Assembly: GCA_040954595.2 (NCBI GenBank)
Contig: CM082589.2
Location: forward strand, 4,788,213 to 4,852,212
Reading direction: 5' to 3'
Length of the DNA stretch: 64,000 bases
Origin: Balanoglossus misakiensis
Taxonomy: Eukaryota; Animalia; Hemichordata
The position numbers and the translations under genes were made by a program. A model generated the notes under the pieces. It worked only from the letters and a program-made list of their open reading frames with translations, was not told the origin of the DNA and did not search any database. The number at the start of each line of letters is the position of its first letter. Positions within the stretch are counted from its first letter, which is position 1. Below are positions 41,227 through 52,819 of this stretch, one piece after another.

Positions 41227-41743
41227 ATGTTGACACAGCGAGACAAGTATTCCTACTTGGAACAGATACTGGAGGAGAACCCCCTCATCAAAGACCGTGT
41301 ACACACCATGATGGCCGGCGCTGACGATTTCTTCGACCTTTGCGGCGAGCTGGGCAACTTGAACCTGACGGCGCTGATCGGCGGCAACGGCAGCACCGCG
41401 CTCAACACGTCCTACGCGGACGTCTTTGACTGTGAGAGCGAGATACGAAACCTGATCAACGCCTTCATCGCTCACGAGTACACGCACAAAGAAGTGTCGA
41501 CAATATGCCTCATCATTTTGTACGTTGCCGTGTTCGTGACCGCGGTCATGGGCAACACCTTGGTCATCGTCGTCGTGGCGTGCAACGCGCACATGCGGAA
41601 CGTCACCAACTACTTCTTGGTCAACCTGGCCATAGCTGACCTGTTAGTTGCTATATTCTGTATACCAATCCAGCTCGGCTACGACATATACACCAACTGG
41701 ATTTATGGCAACGTGATGTGCAAATTGACCGGATTCTTCCAAG
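41227..41743 (+). CDS. First coding exon (172 codons + 1 nt) of a class A neuropeptide GPCR, orexin/allatotropin-receptor-like; gene continues beyond the window
   Basis: Translation shows about 90 aa of N-terminus with sequons N46-L-T, N54-G-S and N60-T-S; TM1 ending GN(1.50)TLV; ICL1 NAHMRNVTNYF; TM2 NLAIAD(2.50)...CIP(2.59); ECL1 WIYG; C3.25 in MCKL; Q3.32. High GC3 relative to flanks. In-frame TAA (41224-41226) directly precedes the ATG. Consensus donor AAG|GTAAGC at 41743/41744, after which the ORF loses GPCR character. Confidence 0.92.
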
Positions 41744-43799
41744 GTAAGCTGACCGTTTTTTTCTTTTATTTTATAATGGTAACTGGTAAATTGTCACATC
41801 CAAGGCTCAAACGGTCGCGATGAACACATTAATTGTGCTTATTAGCTTTTTTCTCGCGTTGAAAATGCTCAAATCAAGGTTTTAGGCTGTGTCCGTGACG
41901 TAGCGTGTACGTTGTATGGATGCCAGCGGCCGATCATTTTAGTGACCTGACTTCGGCAACTCACACTCAGGTGCAAAAAGTGAACTGCACCGACCACAGT
42001 CGTCTAAAAGACCCAAGGCGTATAGAGACGTAAGCTCGTCATAGGTGATTTTCTTGTTGAAAACCGATTACTCAATTGAACCACGAATACATAAGGGTCT
42101 TCCATTTAATCATAATAAACTGACAAACCAGACAAATCAACGGGGAAGCGTTATACATGCCGTACTAATTACAACAAATGGCGAGTCGTTCCTGTGGTTA
42201 GAGATCCCCTTGCTTTATCAAACATTAACCTATTTAGTCTCGAGACCAATCTGCGATCACATGGCGTTGACAGATATAAATCGGGTGCCACACTTGGCTG
42301 TTTCCGCGCTTTACTTGACAGCGCATTGTCAGAAAGGTGACGTATGGGCGCGGCGTTCAGAGTGTCCATGATCAAACCCATTTCTTATCGTGGCGTTGGA
42401 ATTACCAGCTGTATACTCAGAAAGTCAATGTGACTCAAACTCACCATTACTTTTCATGCTTAACGTGCTTCACCGCGTTAGGTGTTTCTTTGCAATAGGT
42501 TTGTCTTTCATGGAACAATGCCATGGCGATAGGCAAGGGTGTGAATGAAGCGCATGTCGAAGCCAGTACATTCTTTTGCCCAGCACAGTGAAGCATCCCG
42601 GCATTTCATTGTCTATGTTTCCGTTGGTGCAAGTACGTCCGTGTGTAATACGTGGCTCCTATGTTACAGATAACAGCTGTCAAGTGTCGTTGTACTGTTC
42701 TGCATTCGATCTTGATTGATAGTTGGGAGTTTAGTTTTCACACGGTGGAGAACAGATCGCATAAATCACTCCACTCAACACGTCACTGGGTTCTACACGG
42801 CTCATCAACACGGATGTGTTGAACACACGGGTATACATGTGCGTACAATTGATGAGTCTGGAATGAGGAGCTGTTGCAGCGTGCATAATTGTTGTCTAGC
42901 AACATTTTTCCCGCTCGTGAGCAAAACAATATTTTGTCGTCCATATGGATATTTGCCATCACTGTATGAATTATTTATGTTTCATAAATTTAACTATTAC
43001 TTGAATTCTGCTTTGGTTGACTGTAATCAACGTCTAGACTATCTGGTAGCTTCGTAGTGCCATGTTTTCCTTTAGGTGTGCATTTGTGTGCACAATATCG
43101 ATGCTTGTGTTTTCCTCTGTGTGTGCCCTTGTATTGTCCACCCACCGTTGTAGGCGGGCCGTATCCAATACTGCAACATCTACATTTGTAACACGCTCCT
43201 TGCATCCAACTCACTTATAGACGAAATGTTACTCTACACACCTGTCTCAGTTTCATGATTGTGAAACTTCAGATCGTGCAATTCGCCAAGGCCAAAACTC
43301 GGCTGATGACGATGGAAGGAAATGCATGGCTCCCAGGATTTTTTCTTGGTCATACGACTTTCCGTGAAATACTTATCAAGTTACTCCTGTGAGCACGCTC
43401 TTGTGTATAATACACTATATGTCCAAGGGTTCTAAATAATCAAGTGGTGTAATTCGATGCAGATTTCACCCATCGAAATGAGACGTATTTGCAATATTTA
43501 TATTCTTCTTCAAGGTGGCTGTCATGATCTCAAACTCTCTCTGAATCGGAAAGCAAGTTTTTGATCAATTGTCTTTGCCTAATGGGTCCCTTTAGTACCG
43601 GTCTAGCACAAACTGCCTGTGTTGAGCATATTCCGTAAATCATGACTCAATAAATGACAGCATCAATTATCTTCACTGAGTGAAGTTGGAACAGGAAAGG
43701 CTAGGTCGTTAATAACGCTGTCTTGATATTATTGTTTCTATAACCAGAAAATCAACATAACTTGTCGCCAGCGTCAAATTTGTTTTATAATTGTCACTC

Positions 43800-43827
43800 G
43801 TATGTATGTATGTACGTATGTATGTAT
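43800..43827. repeat. (GTAT)7 microsatellite, one GTAC variant
   Basis: Read directly from the sequence. Confidence 0.85.
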
Positions 43828-46789
43828 TATTTAGGTACAGGTGGGTAGGTAGGTAGTATAGGTACATGTAGCTGAACGCATGAAAATTTTGGGTTGACGA
43901 TAACCTACATGTAGGATTCTAAGCTTAACAAATTAGGTCATACATGATATTTCAAGCTACAAACATCCACAGGGGTCAAATCAGTCAAATCTCTGTGTGA
44001 TAAAATGAGCCCAATGTACATGTAACTGATGACTAGCCTAAACTATATAGAAATTTATTAGGTTGCTGTTCTATGCAAAACGTTACGGCAGTCGTTTACG
44101 ACCATATATGGCATAAGAACATCATTGTGATCTTGCTCGACGGAAACTGGGGGTAATGAACGTGTTAGCCTCGAGAAATGATTGATGTCTTAAGTCCAAA
44201 CTGCAATAACCATGATTGCTACACATACAATATGACACATACGTCCTTTCTATTTGACATTGACCCCAACCTAATCAGGTTAGTTCCAGGAAGCATATTT
44301 TGGAGAGAGAAAAAGAAATTACGAACGAAATTAGGAGTGGTGTGTCTCTGTAAGCGGTCCCTTGTCCATATGCATGAAGGTATTAAAACTAATTTATCGG
44401 GATTGTTGAGTCAGCTGGAAAGGTAATTTTTAGTCAGTGATAAATTATTTTCGAAGTGTGTTGTATTTGGATATACCATTATTCATCTCATATGATGGCA
44501 TTCGTGCCAGCAAATTTTCATGCCATTCTATATCACTTGCTTAGCATTCGTGATGTGCTACATTTTATAGTTTAGTCAGAGTGTCTTCGCTGTTGCAAAA
44601 ACGAGAATTCGTTTAGAATACGCGAATTCTATAAGTGTGGCTGTAACCGCCGGGCATGTGGCGACGTGGTTTGAGCTCTCCACATAGCTTTGTGTGCCAA
44701 AACTGTTTAACAGCTAGTTTCGATCTCCCATTTTACGGGCGGGGACTGCACATGCGCTACGTGACCAGACGGGTGTATCAGGTATAAGCTGCCGTGACGT
44801 GCACAGACTCAAGTGTAGAGCTGCACTCTCACGGCAGCGACGCCAGCGAACCGCGAAAATGGCGCTCCGCGTAGACATCTGCTCAGCCCACTGCGTGATC
44901 AAAACAATTGCTATCATATTAAGATAAAGGCTGCAAAACGCCAGCAAAAGTTGTATTGATCGGAGTTGAAAAACAACCCCTACAGCACGCTCGCCGCTCA
45001 CCATTGTTTCTCAAGAAGATGAAAAATTAAAGCCGTCGCGAATGTATTACTCGAGTTATTTCAACTAGTTGAGTTTTAACAAAATGATACACAAAACAAG
45101 GGAAGGTCTGGAAATCGGAACAGCACACATTTTTATTTGGCTTCATGTATCCACGTTTAACTGCTTTCATACGCGCCCGGGTATAAGCTGTTTACAGACG
45201 TGGTTGATTACTCAAATTGATTAGTACTTAGGTGAAATCATGAGGTATAGATAGAGGAACCACGACGATCAATAGTAGCTGGATATCTGATAGCGTTGTC
45301 TCCGAATTGGTTACTCCAGCCGGCTGGTAGACGTCTTTAAAAGGGCTGATTTAGTTCTAGTTCGCACAGATAAGATGTTTCGTTTTCTGCAAAAAGTGTC
45401 TTCTCAGCGACATTTTTTCACGTGATTACAAATGGCTGTATGCACAATCCATTCGTGTAGGTCGGACCTCATTACATCCAGCATGGAATAGGCACAGAAA
45501 TCGCTATTGACATACCACTGCATAGGTCATGCAATCCGGCTTGACAGTTAAGATGTCTCATAATGTCGGTGCAGTCCACCATAAAATTACAGTAATAGTT
45601 CTTTTTGTGGCCTAATGAAAGGAAAATAAATCCTTCACGGAGATTGGCCGATTTTTCGCATTTCGACAGTTCGCACTTGGCTTAAAATAGCCCATCTTGC
45701 GTGACGTGCATTTCAAAAGTAGGTTTTTTGCCTGTTGACGATCACGGCAATGTGGCAACAATCTTTACAATGTAGTGTACTTATCGTGTTTAAGTCGTCA
45801 AAAGACCAAATCCATTTGAGTTTTTTAAAAAGTCAATGGATGCCAGAAATGTGGTGTCTGTAGCATGAGAAAGTGTACCATAATCTCCTTGTCAAATTTG
45901 CTTGATTGTCCCTTTAATGTTTCGCCGACACGACATCTTCAAGAAATGCAATTGACGAGAGCGACGTGCAGACCCGACACTTCAAGTTGCCTGTAACCAA
46001 TGGAAGCGAAAGAAAATTGTGTTTGATTATGAGTCATCGCATACAAGGGATAATCCGTGCTTGGGTTATTTTGCACATTTCGTATGTTCTCATATGCTTC
46101 CCGGCTCGAACGAATGATGCTTTCTTAACTCAAACGGGGTGTCCACAAACTTTGTAATTACAGAAGACCCAAGAGTCTACTTTCAGTCAAAACGCTTAAA
46201 ATGGTCGTAATTGACGTGTGGTATTTAAGCAAAGTTTTCCAAAGGAGACTTTAACAGCGGGACATAACGTGCAATTGAACACGTACATACATGTATCGAT
46301 ACAGAAGTATAATTCAATTTTCAAACACCTAAAACTGTAAAAGCGTTAACTGCAACGTCGGTACCTTATGTAAGTTCCATCATACTCAGCATTGCTTTCA
46401 ACTATAGTGTACGGTATTATTAAGTTGGTGACAGGCGGCGATAGACTGTACTCAATCATATATTACAATCTTTTCGAATACATATGATGCCATTTATTTG
46501 GTGTAACTGTCGTCTTAAACATCTTACAACTGCGTTTGTACTAAATTATGCATGACCTATCTGATATGTTTCTTATTTAATCCAATATTTATGATTAACT
46601 AACATGATTCATATTTTATGTAATAATATATTCAGCCTAACTCGACTGAGTTATTTGAGATTTGTTTTAGCATTTTAACCACATGTTAAACACATGTCTG
46701 ATTAATTATTGCATGTATATAATAACAATTTTAACAAAACATGAGTAAGAATACTGTACAGTACCTACCTCTGTGCTTATCTGTCTGTC

Positions 46790-47070
46790 TTCACATAGGG
46801 CATATCTTCTGCATAAGACATACGGATACAGAATTCTACTGTGTTGAACTTTACTTGGCCAGTTTCAAAAACGAAATCTTACATACAGCCACGCGTCTAT
46901 GGAATATTCATGTATCTTTATTAATGCATAATACGCGTTTTTATATGTAGGCAATACATAACATGCTGCAAGGTTTAAAATGCCAATTTTCACGGTAGGT
47001 AGGTGTTTGGCGGCATAATGTCTGGTGTTAATGAAACCAATGGTTTGGCTGCATTTGAGAAATCAATGAC
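46790..47070 (+). mobile_element. Highly decayed LINE (CR1/L2-type) ORF2 C-terminal remnant
   Basis: Peptides HIFCIRH...SFKNEILHTATRLWNI and, after an interruption, VNETNGLAAFEKSM resemble the CR1/L2 tail pattern H.Y.TR...FK.SF.....LWN.LP..I.....L..FK..L. Pattern recognition only. Confidence 0.35.
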
Positions 47071-48548
47071 GTCTTCTAACGTCTCCTATTCGGCGAACTT
47101 TCGCATACAACGAGATCATTCTCGATTTTCTATTCTCAAAGTCTGCGCTGTGCGAAAAGTGGAGTTCGTTTGTCGATTTGGGAAACTGTGTTATGAGGCA
47201 AACTTTGTTCCACCAACGAAGCGAGTAATCCACTTCATAATTTCCTCTCAAGTGCCGTTTTCAACCCCCTCAATGTATGTTACAATGTTTCTGCACCGCT
47301 GCCCGCTATAACGTAAGAAATCTTGCAACCATCAAGCAAGAAAAAATCCTTTAACTGTTTTTCGCGTTCACAAATTGTCAGATTCACTTAAGGGGACGCT
47401 GCAATTTACACGGCGATTTGGCCAAATTTCTCACAAATTTGTTTGTCGCGCGTTAGAACTGAAGAACGCACTTCTTGATTATAAAAAGAATAATCTTACA
47501 ATGTCGTTCTGAATATCTTTTACAAATAAGGCTTTTGTTTGTCGATCGAGCATCCATACCAGGAACACACGTCTACTGAATTCGATTTTCATCATTTTAA
47601 TAAGATCCATCTTTCAAGCAATGACATTGAGGAACGATGAAGGTCAAAGCAAAACAAAGTCAAACATTCGCCTGGCCCATATAAGCTCTGTTTCGAATGA
47701 GGATACGTTTTAACTAGGTAAATCCTCTCTCGAAGTTAAATTAATTCGAATGGAACGATATCAAAATGATTTTCGGTTTAAGACGTATCCAATTTCCGTT
47801 GTAGAGCAAAATAACATTTCTGATGGTTTGCGTGGGTTCCGAAATCCAAACTTTTGAGAGGCATACATCAGTTCCTTCCTGCTGCAGAGCAGATTGAAAA
47901 AAAAGTATTTTAACCTTTTAAAATTACAATAATGGTGTTGTGGGGTATCTACACTCTGGCATACAAAGTGGCATGGTGCCGATCCAATGTGGCGACATTT
48001 TGGATGTGTGCGCATGTAAAATGTAGTGCAATTCTGTACGGTGGGTTGGTATTGGTGTCTCGTGTACATGTAGTGGGTCATATTGTAGCTCAAGATGGCG
48101 GCTAGCACGGAAGTAGGGGTCAAGGGTGAACACTTGTAATTAGCATATCTCACTTCTGAATCACTGAGTCTTATATCGTAACAATTGGTACATGTATTGT
48201 TTTATTGGTAACGTTGGGTTCACTGAAATATGCTGTATTGTCAGTTGTTACTTCCTCCTTCCTTTCAACGTTTCAATATTCCGGAAATATGAACAGAACA
48301 ATTATTGACGTGTTGTCGCGTTCACTGGGCAGAACAGCATAAACCACAGTCTATCGCGCGGAGTGACAAAAAAACATGTGTTTTGATCAACGCAGGAGGC
48401 AACAAAATCGACCTCTTCAGAGACACAATCCCAGTCAATATTGTCGTCTGCATCCGCTGGAGTCGACACCGTGGCTTCCTGTGAGCCTATTTTAGCTTCT
48501 ATTCTTTGGTTCTGAAAAGGGGTTAGCATTATTGCGCAGACTCGGTAG

Positions 48549-48581
<33 letters not shown>

Positions 48582-48595
48582 GCCTGTCGGTCTGT
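48549..48595. repeat. (TGTC)8 microsatellite with degenerate tail
   Basis: Read directly from the sequence. Confidence 0.9.
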
Positions 48596-48774
48596 ATACA
48601 TGCATGCATGTACTTGACTATGACCGGGCTGTGGATAAAGACCCCCAGCCAATTAATATAACGACCTAGTAATTACCTATTGGGCGGGGCAGATCGACGC
48701 CATTTGCTAGAGATCCGCAATGTTATTAATGCCGTTCTTTACAGACTGCGAGCTATATATCCTACTTGTTGCTG

Positions 48775-49180
48775 CTGGAAAGCTTCCTACTTGTTGCTGT
48801 CGGCAATACAGATGTTTACCGTGGAGAAATCCAATATTCTCCCTTTTCTATAGGCAGTGCCCGTTCGCACAGTCAGTGGCGGCTGATATTAAGTTCGAAT
48901 GTTGGAAACTCATGCACTGCGAAATACCAATGCGTGATACATATTGTACATGCATGCATCTTCCATCAGCAGCCTTAAGAGAAACGAGGTAACATGGAAT
49001 TATCCCATATCTTCTTGTAGATTTTTATGTCACTAATACTGTGTGCCGTGGGTGTGATTATTGACGTGATAGAAGCATTAGGGAAAGGGCGAAGCTGTAT
49101 ACAATGTAGTTTGTTTGATAAGCTTCGATTTTGTTCTCATTTGGGCGTTCCTATGCATCCCATTGTGGAAGGGATTCTCG
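48775..49180 (-). mobile_element. Possible decayed LINE ORF2 C-terminal remnant
   Basis: Minus-strand peptides in order LSNKLHCIQLR, SDIKIYKKIW, CMYNMYHALV and TSVLPTAT (with frameshifts and stops) echo the post-RT motifs KL..IQ.RA, LY..LGW, MYK..H.L and SF.P. Confidence 0.28.
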
Positions 49181-51686
49181 GGCTAACATTGGTGTATCAT
49201 TCAGCTCATATCATTTTACCCAGAAACTTATGCATGGGAGAACAACGTGCTTACCAGTGTGCGCCAGTCCTGCTGAGTGGCTACGGACAGACAACAGTTG
49301 ACTACATTACGTGCCAGCGTGGGGCTAGACGTTCATGGCCTTAAGCGTGGTCACATAATTGTGGAGTTATTAAAATTTTACCTGAAAACGTGTACGCGCA
49401 TACTGCTGTCTGTAATATTTGAATCGATGGAAATGGCATTCGACGGGTTCGATGCACCCCTCTATCTTCGTCAATATCCAACGTGACCTTCACGGACACA
49501 TAACTGCGCAACGTTCATTTTGATTTTTTCTAATATCGGCGACAACCCACACTGTACTCTTAACAAGCAAAACTATAAAGGTCGGTTGGGGGTTAAACCA
49601 CTGACGTATTCTGATAAATTATTATGGCATACTGTAGGCACCTTGCCTCCGGCTAGATTGATCAGCAACACCGTGACGTATACTAAACATATTCGCCGTA
49701 GCTTCACTCTACGTTACCCGCCCTTCCTGATTCAAAATATAATCTGCACGCAAGTGTGCTATCGGAAGCTTCGAAGGTAAACGGATAAGGCATTACAGGC
49801 ATCACATAAAGTATAAGCGCATGAAGGTTTCCCAAGTATCGGTGCTCTGACATTTTTGCTTTCAGCAAGGTTCAAAAGGCGTTTATAAAAATTTAATTGG
49901 ATTTCTTCTGCAATATATAATCCCCCCCCCCCCGTTTGTAATTTTGTGCAACCTTATCAAAACTGACACAGTCTATAGTGTGGCTTTGTTTGTGAAACTG
50001 GGACATGCGCTGTTAAGTACTCCATCCGTCTCATTAAAATATTTATAGGTCCAATTAATGCGGGCTGCGTCATTTAACTGTTAGGGGTTCTCGGAATGAA
50101 TCTTAACTGATGTAAATGAGTGAAATCGTGCCTCCTTCAAAGGCTGCACCAGCTAAGATCAGTATTTCGGAGAGGCAGACATTTCTTTGTAGCGAGAGAG
50201 GTTTTAGCTGAGTGTGTACACTCAGTGTAAAATTGAAATTTATCCGGTTGGTTTGAGAGGTTCAAGAACACCGTTCGGATTTTGATTTGTTAGGCTGTCA
50301 TTGCAGCGTGGCATTCCACGACGGCCGTGACATTCGAGAAACGTCGCCGTGATGAGAAAAACAGCGGATTTACATTATGATTGAGATTGAAACAAGTGAA
50401 AATCCCTAAGCTGTGATTATCAAGCGGTATACTCAGAACCGCTAGCAAACTGTTGGTCATTCGCTCTCCAGAACTCCCTTTAGAACTCATCGAGTCAATA
50501 TTACGACAAAAGGGCAGGCTAATGAGGGGGTTCAGCGTACTATTGCGTACACCGCATGCAAGCAGGAGAAAATTGAAAAATTGCAAAAAAATAAGTAAGG
50601 CGGGTTACAGCACCCCATACCAATCAATCTTTCTATTCATTGATGTTAAAATGTCATTACTGTGTGTAGGCTCGACGTCATGCATGACATTTCAAGGCCA
50701 ACTAAATGTATCATAGGCGTTGTTCGCATATGCCGTTCGACTGTTCTAGTCAATTCCTATTTCTTGCTAACTCCAACTGTCAATATCTATCTGCACACGT
50801 CTTAATGTACAGATTTCTGGGCATATTCTCGCTGCCGTGATGTTAATCTTGTTCCTATCTGGAAAACCTTTATTTTATATTGGTAAATGCGTGACCGTAA
50901 TTGTTGACTAGTTCACCTTGAAGTTAAATCATATCTGTCTTAAAAGTCCTCAAATCATCTTAATGAAAAGAGTAATTATAGTTGGCTCGATCTCCGTCCT
51001 TAGGTGTCTTGACTCGCCTACGGTTCATCAGCGTTGCGATTAGAGTCGAATACCCTCCATACATGTACGAGTAGATTGTCAATGCTTTGTGAATAACCCA
51101 AATGATGTGTAAATGTAGTGATATTTCATACGAATGTAGTGTTATGGTTTATTTGAAGAAGGATCAATGTCCATTTTAAACCTTTAAAATGCCCTTAAAC
51201 GTTCACATAAAAAACGTTTCAAGTAGCAATGGGTTACTCATGTCTCTATGTGCGAGGTTGATAAATTTGATGTAGGCTAGATAACATATATTACCCTTGA
51301 AAACTTATTTTTCATGCGTATCTTAGTGCAATACACACGTGGGTGGTGCAGAGATAAACGAAGAAAAAATGACTTTGAAAGAATCCTGTTATCCTTCAAT
51401 GTTTGGCTATGCTTTGCAGATCATGAGATCATTCATGCAAATCGACTATGTATGATATTTTTTATGTGTATGGTGTATGATTCACTACCCAAGAGAATCT
51501 TATCAAGTTATGTCTGATGATCGCATCATAGAACCTGGTGATCCGTCATCTCGCCAGTTGCATGCATATACGCCTTTGATGACGTGGCACTCATTGGAAT
51601 TAAACCAACAGCCGGAAATCCACGATTATCCAGTATCTTTAATATCTATACGGAAAGTGAAACGTGTGCTTCTTTATGAACTAGGG

Positions 51687-51838
51687 TTAAAGGTACACGG
51701 TCACCTATGGAAATTTAGCTAGTGTTACCATGGTTAAGTGAGATCTAGCCAATCACAGATTTTCAGTGGGTGGCACACGCGAAAAAACGAGGCCACCATA
51801 TCTTCTTTAGAACACTCAGATACGCCGTTTTTTTGCCG
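51687..51838. mobile_element. 3'-truncated copy of MITE family A
   Basis: Starts TTAA-aggtacacggtcacc. Core tgagatctagccaatcacagatttt(t/c)agtgggtggcacacgcgaaaaaa...gccaccat..ttctttagaacact is nearly identical to 28907-28984. No right TIR seen. Confidence 0.75.
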
Positions 51839-52699
51839 TTTCGTTGTGGTACAGTGTATTACAGTTTGTTCGTTTTATTTTAGTAGTCGGGTAGCGTGCC
51901 TTCAGTGTTAAGATTATCATGGCACTATCGGGAATGTATTGCCATATCGAAACCCATGTGTAGCTGTATTCCCACTGGTAATCTTTCTTGGACCCTAATC
52001 CTCATGCTCCACCAGTAATCCGTAATGAGATATTGTGATCTGTGCGTCAATCTTGGTGTCCGGACACATCCGACTGAAATACATGTAATAGGTTCGGATA
52101 TAGAATGTCCATATGTCTGGCAAACTAGAGCGACGATCTATGCAATCTGGGATGATCATGAAATACTAATTTTCTGAAAACCGTGAATCGAAATCAGATA
52201 ACTGTTGGCAATTGTACTGACGATCTAGTAATATCCAGTCATTGTGGCCAGTTTGTGTCGAGTCGGGTCTCCCGAAACACGTAGGCCTATTCTGCCCGTG
52301 TGACATCGCCTAATTAATGGCTGGTCTGTCCCTAAATGAGACAACGTTACTCTAATACCTAAACCAGACAGATTTATTTCACCACGTACAGCAGAATCGT
52401 TAACTCAACGGCCAGTTACAGTAACTGCACCTTTCAAAACACGACACACATGCACATACATGTACTGGGGCGTATTTCCTCAACCTATACATGTACTTCA
52501 TTTTATTCTCAGATTGTTAAAACTAGAACGTACCCTCATCAAACTAAATGAGGTTTTTGCCTCGGTTCGCTTTTATTCGGCCCAAATCAATAGTCTGTGA
52601 TGTTTCCAGTACGGGTAAATCCAAACAGCCAATGTTAGCAGCAGTTGACCATTTTTCGAACTCGCCGAGATCCTGCGAGACTTCTCGTGACTTGGTAAC

Positions 52700-52819
52700 C
52701 TATTCCAGTTTCATTCATAGCTTGATTGTATTACTTGGCTATCGACCTGTTGCTACGGTAATTAGCCAAGTCTCGCGATATATCGCAATGAGCGGAAAAT
52801 CATCTATCGTGCGAACAGT
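52700..52819 (+). repeat. Repeat family B, copy 4 (intronic)
   Basis: Aligns to copies 1 and 3 as described for those copies. Confidence 0.8.

Noticed and set aside
41212-41592. 126-aa antisense ORF overlapping the GPCR exon
   Set aside because: Shadow frame produced by the high GC3 of the sense exon; no independent signals.
41744-41823. C-terminal tail (KLTVFFFYFIMV...) of the 198-aa ORF
   Set aside because: Lies after a consensus splice donor, is T-rich and lacks the TM3 DRY region; intron read-through.
49441-49462. GGGTTCGATGC B-box-like string
   Set aside because: No A-box or cloverleaf; not a tRNA and too little for a SINE call.
50760-51030. Faint minus-strand echoes of LINE RT motifs (PQG..LGP, Q.DID.WS)
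   Set aside because: Requires several frameshifts and substitutions; too weak without a profile search.
51477-51722. Shared peptide LKVHGHL in ORFs 51477-51722 (+) and 28975-29166 (-)
   Set aside because: It is the MITE terminal inverted repeat read as codons, not a protein motif.
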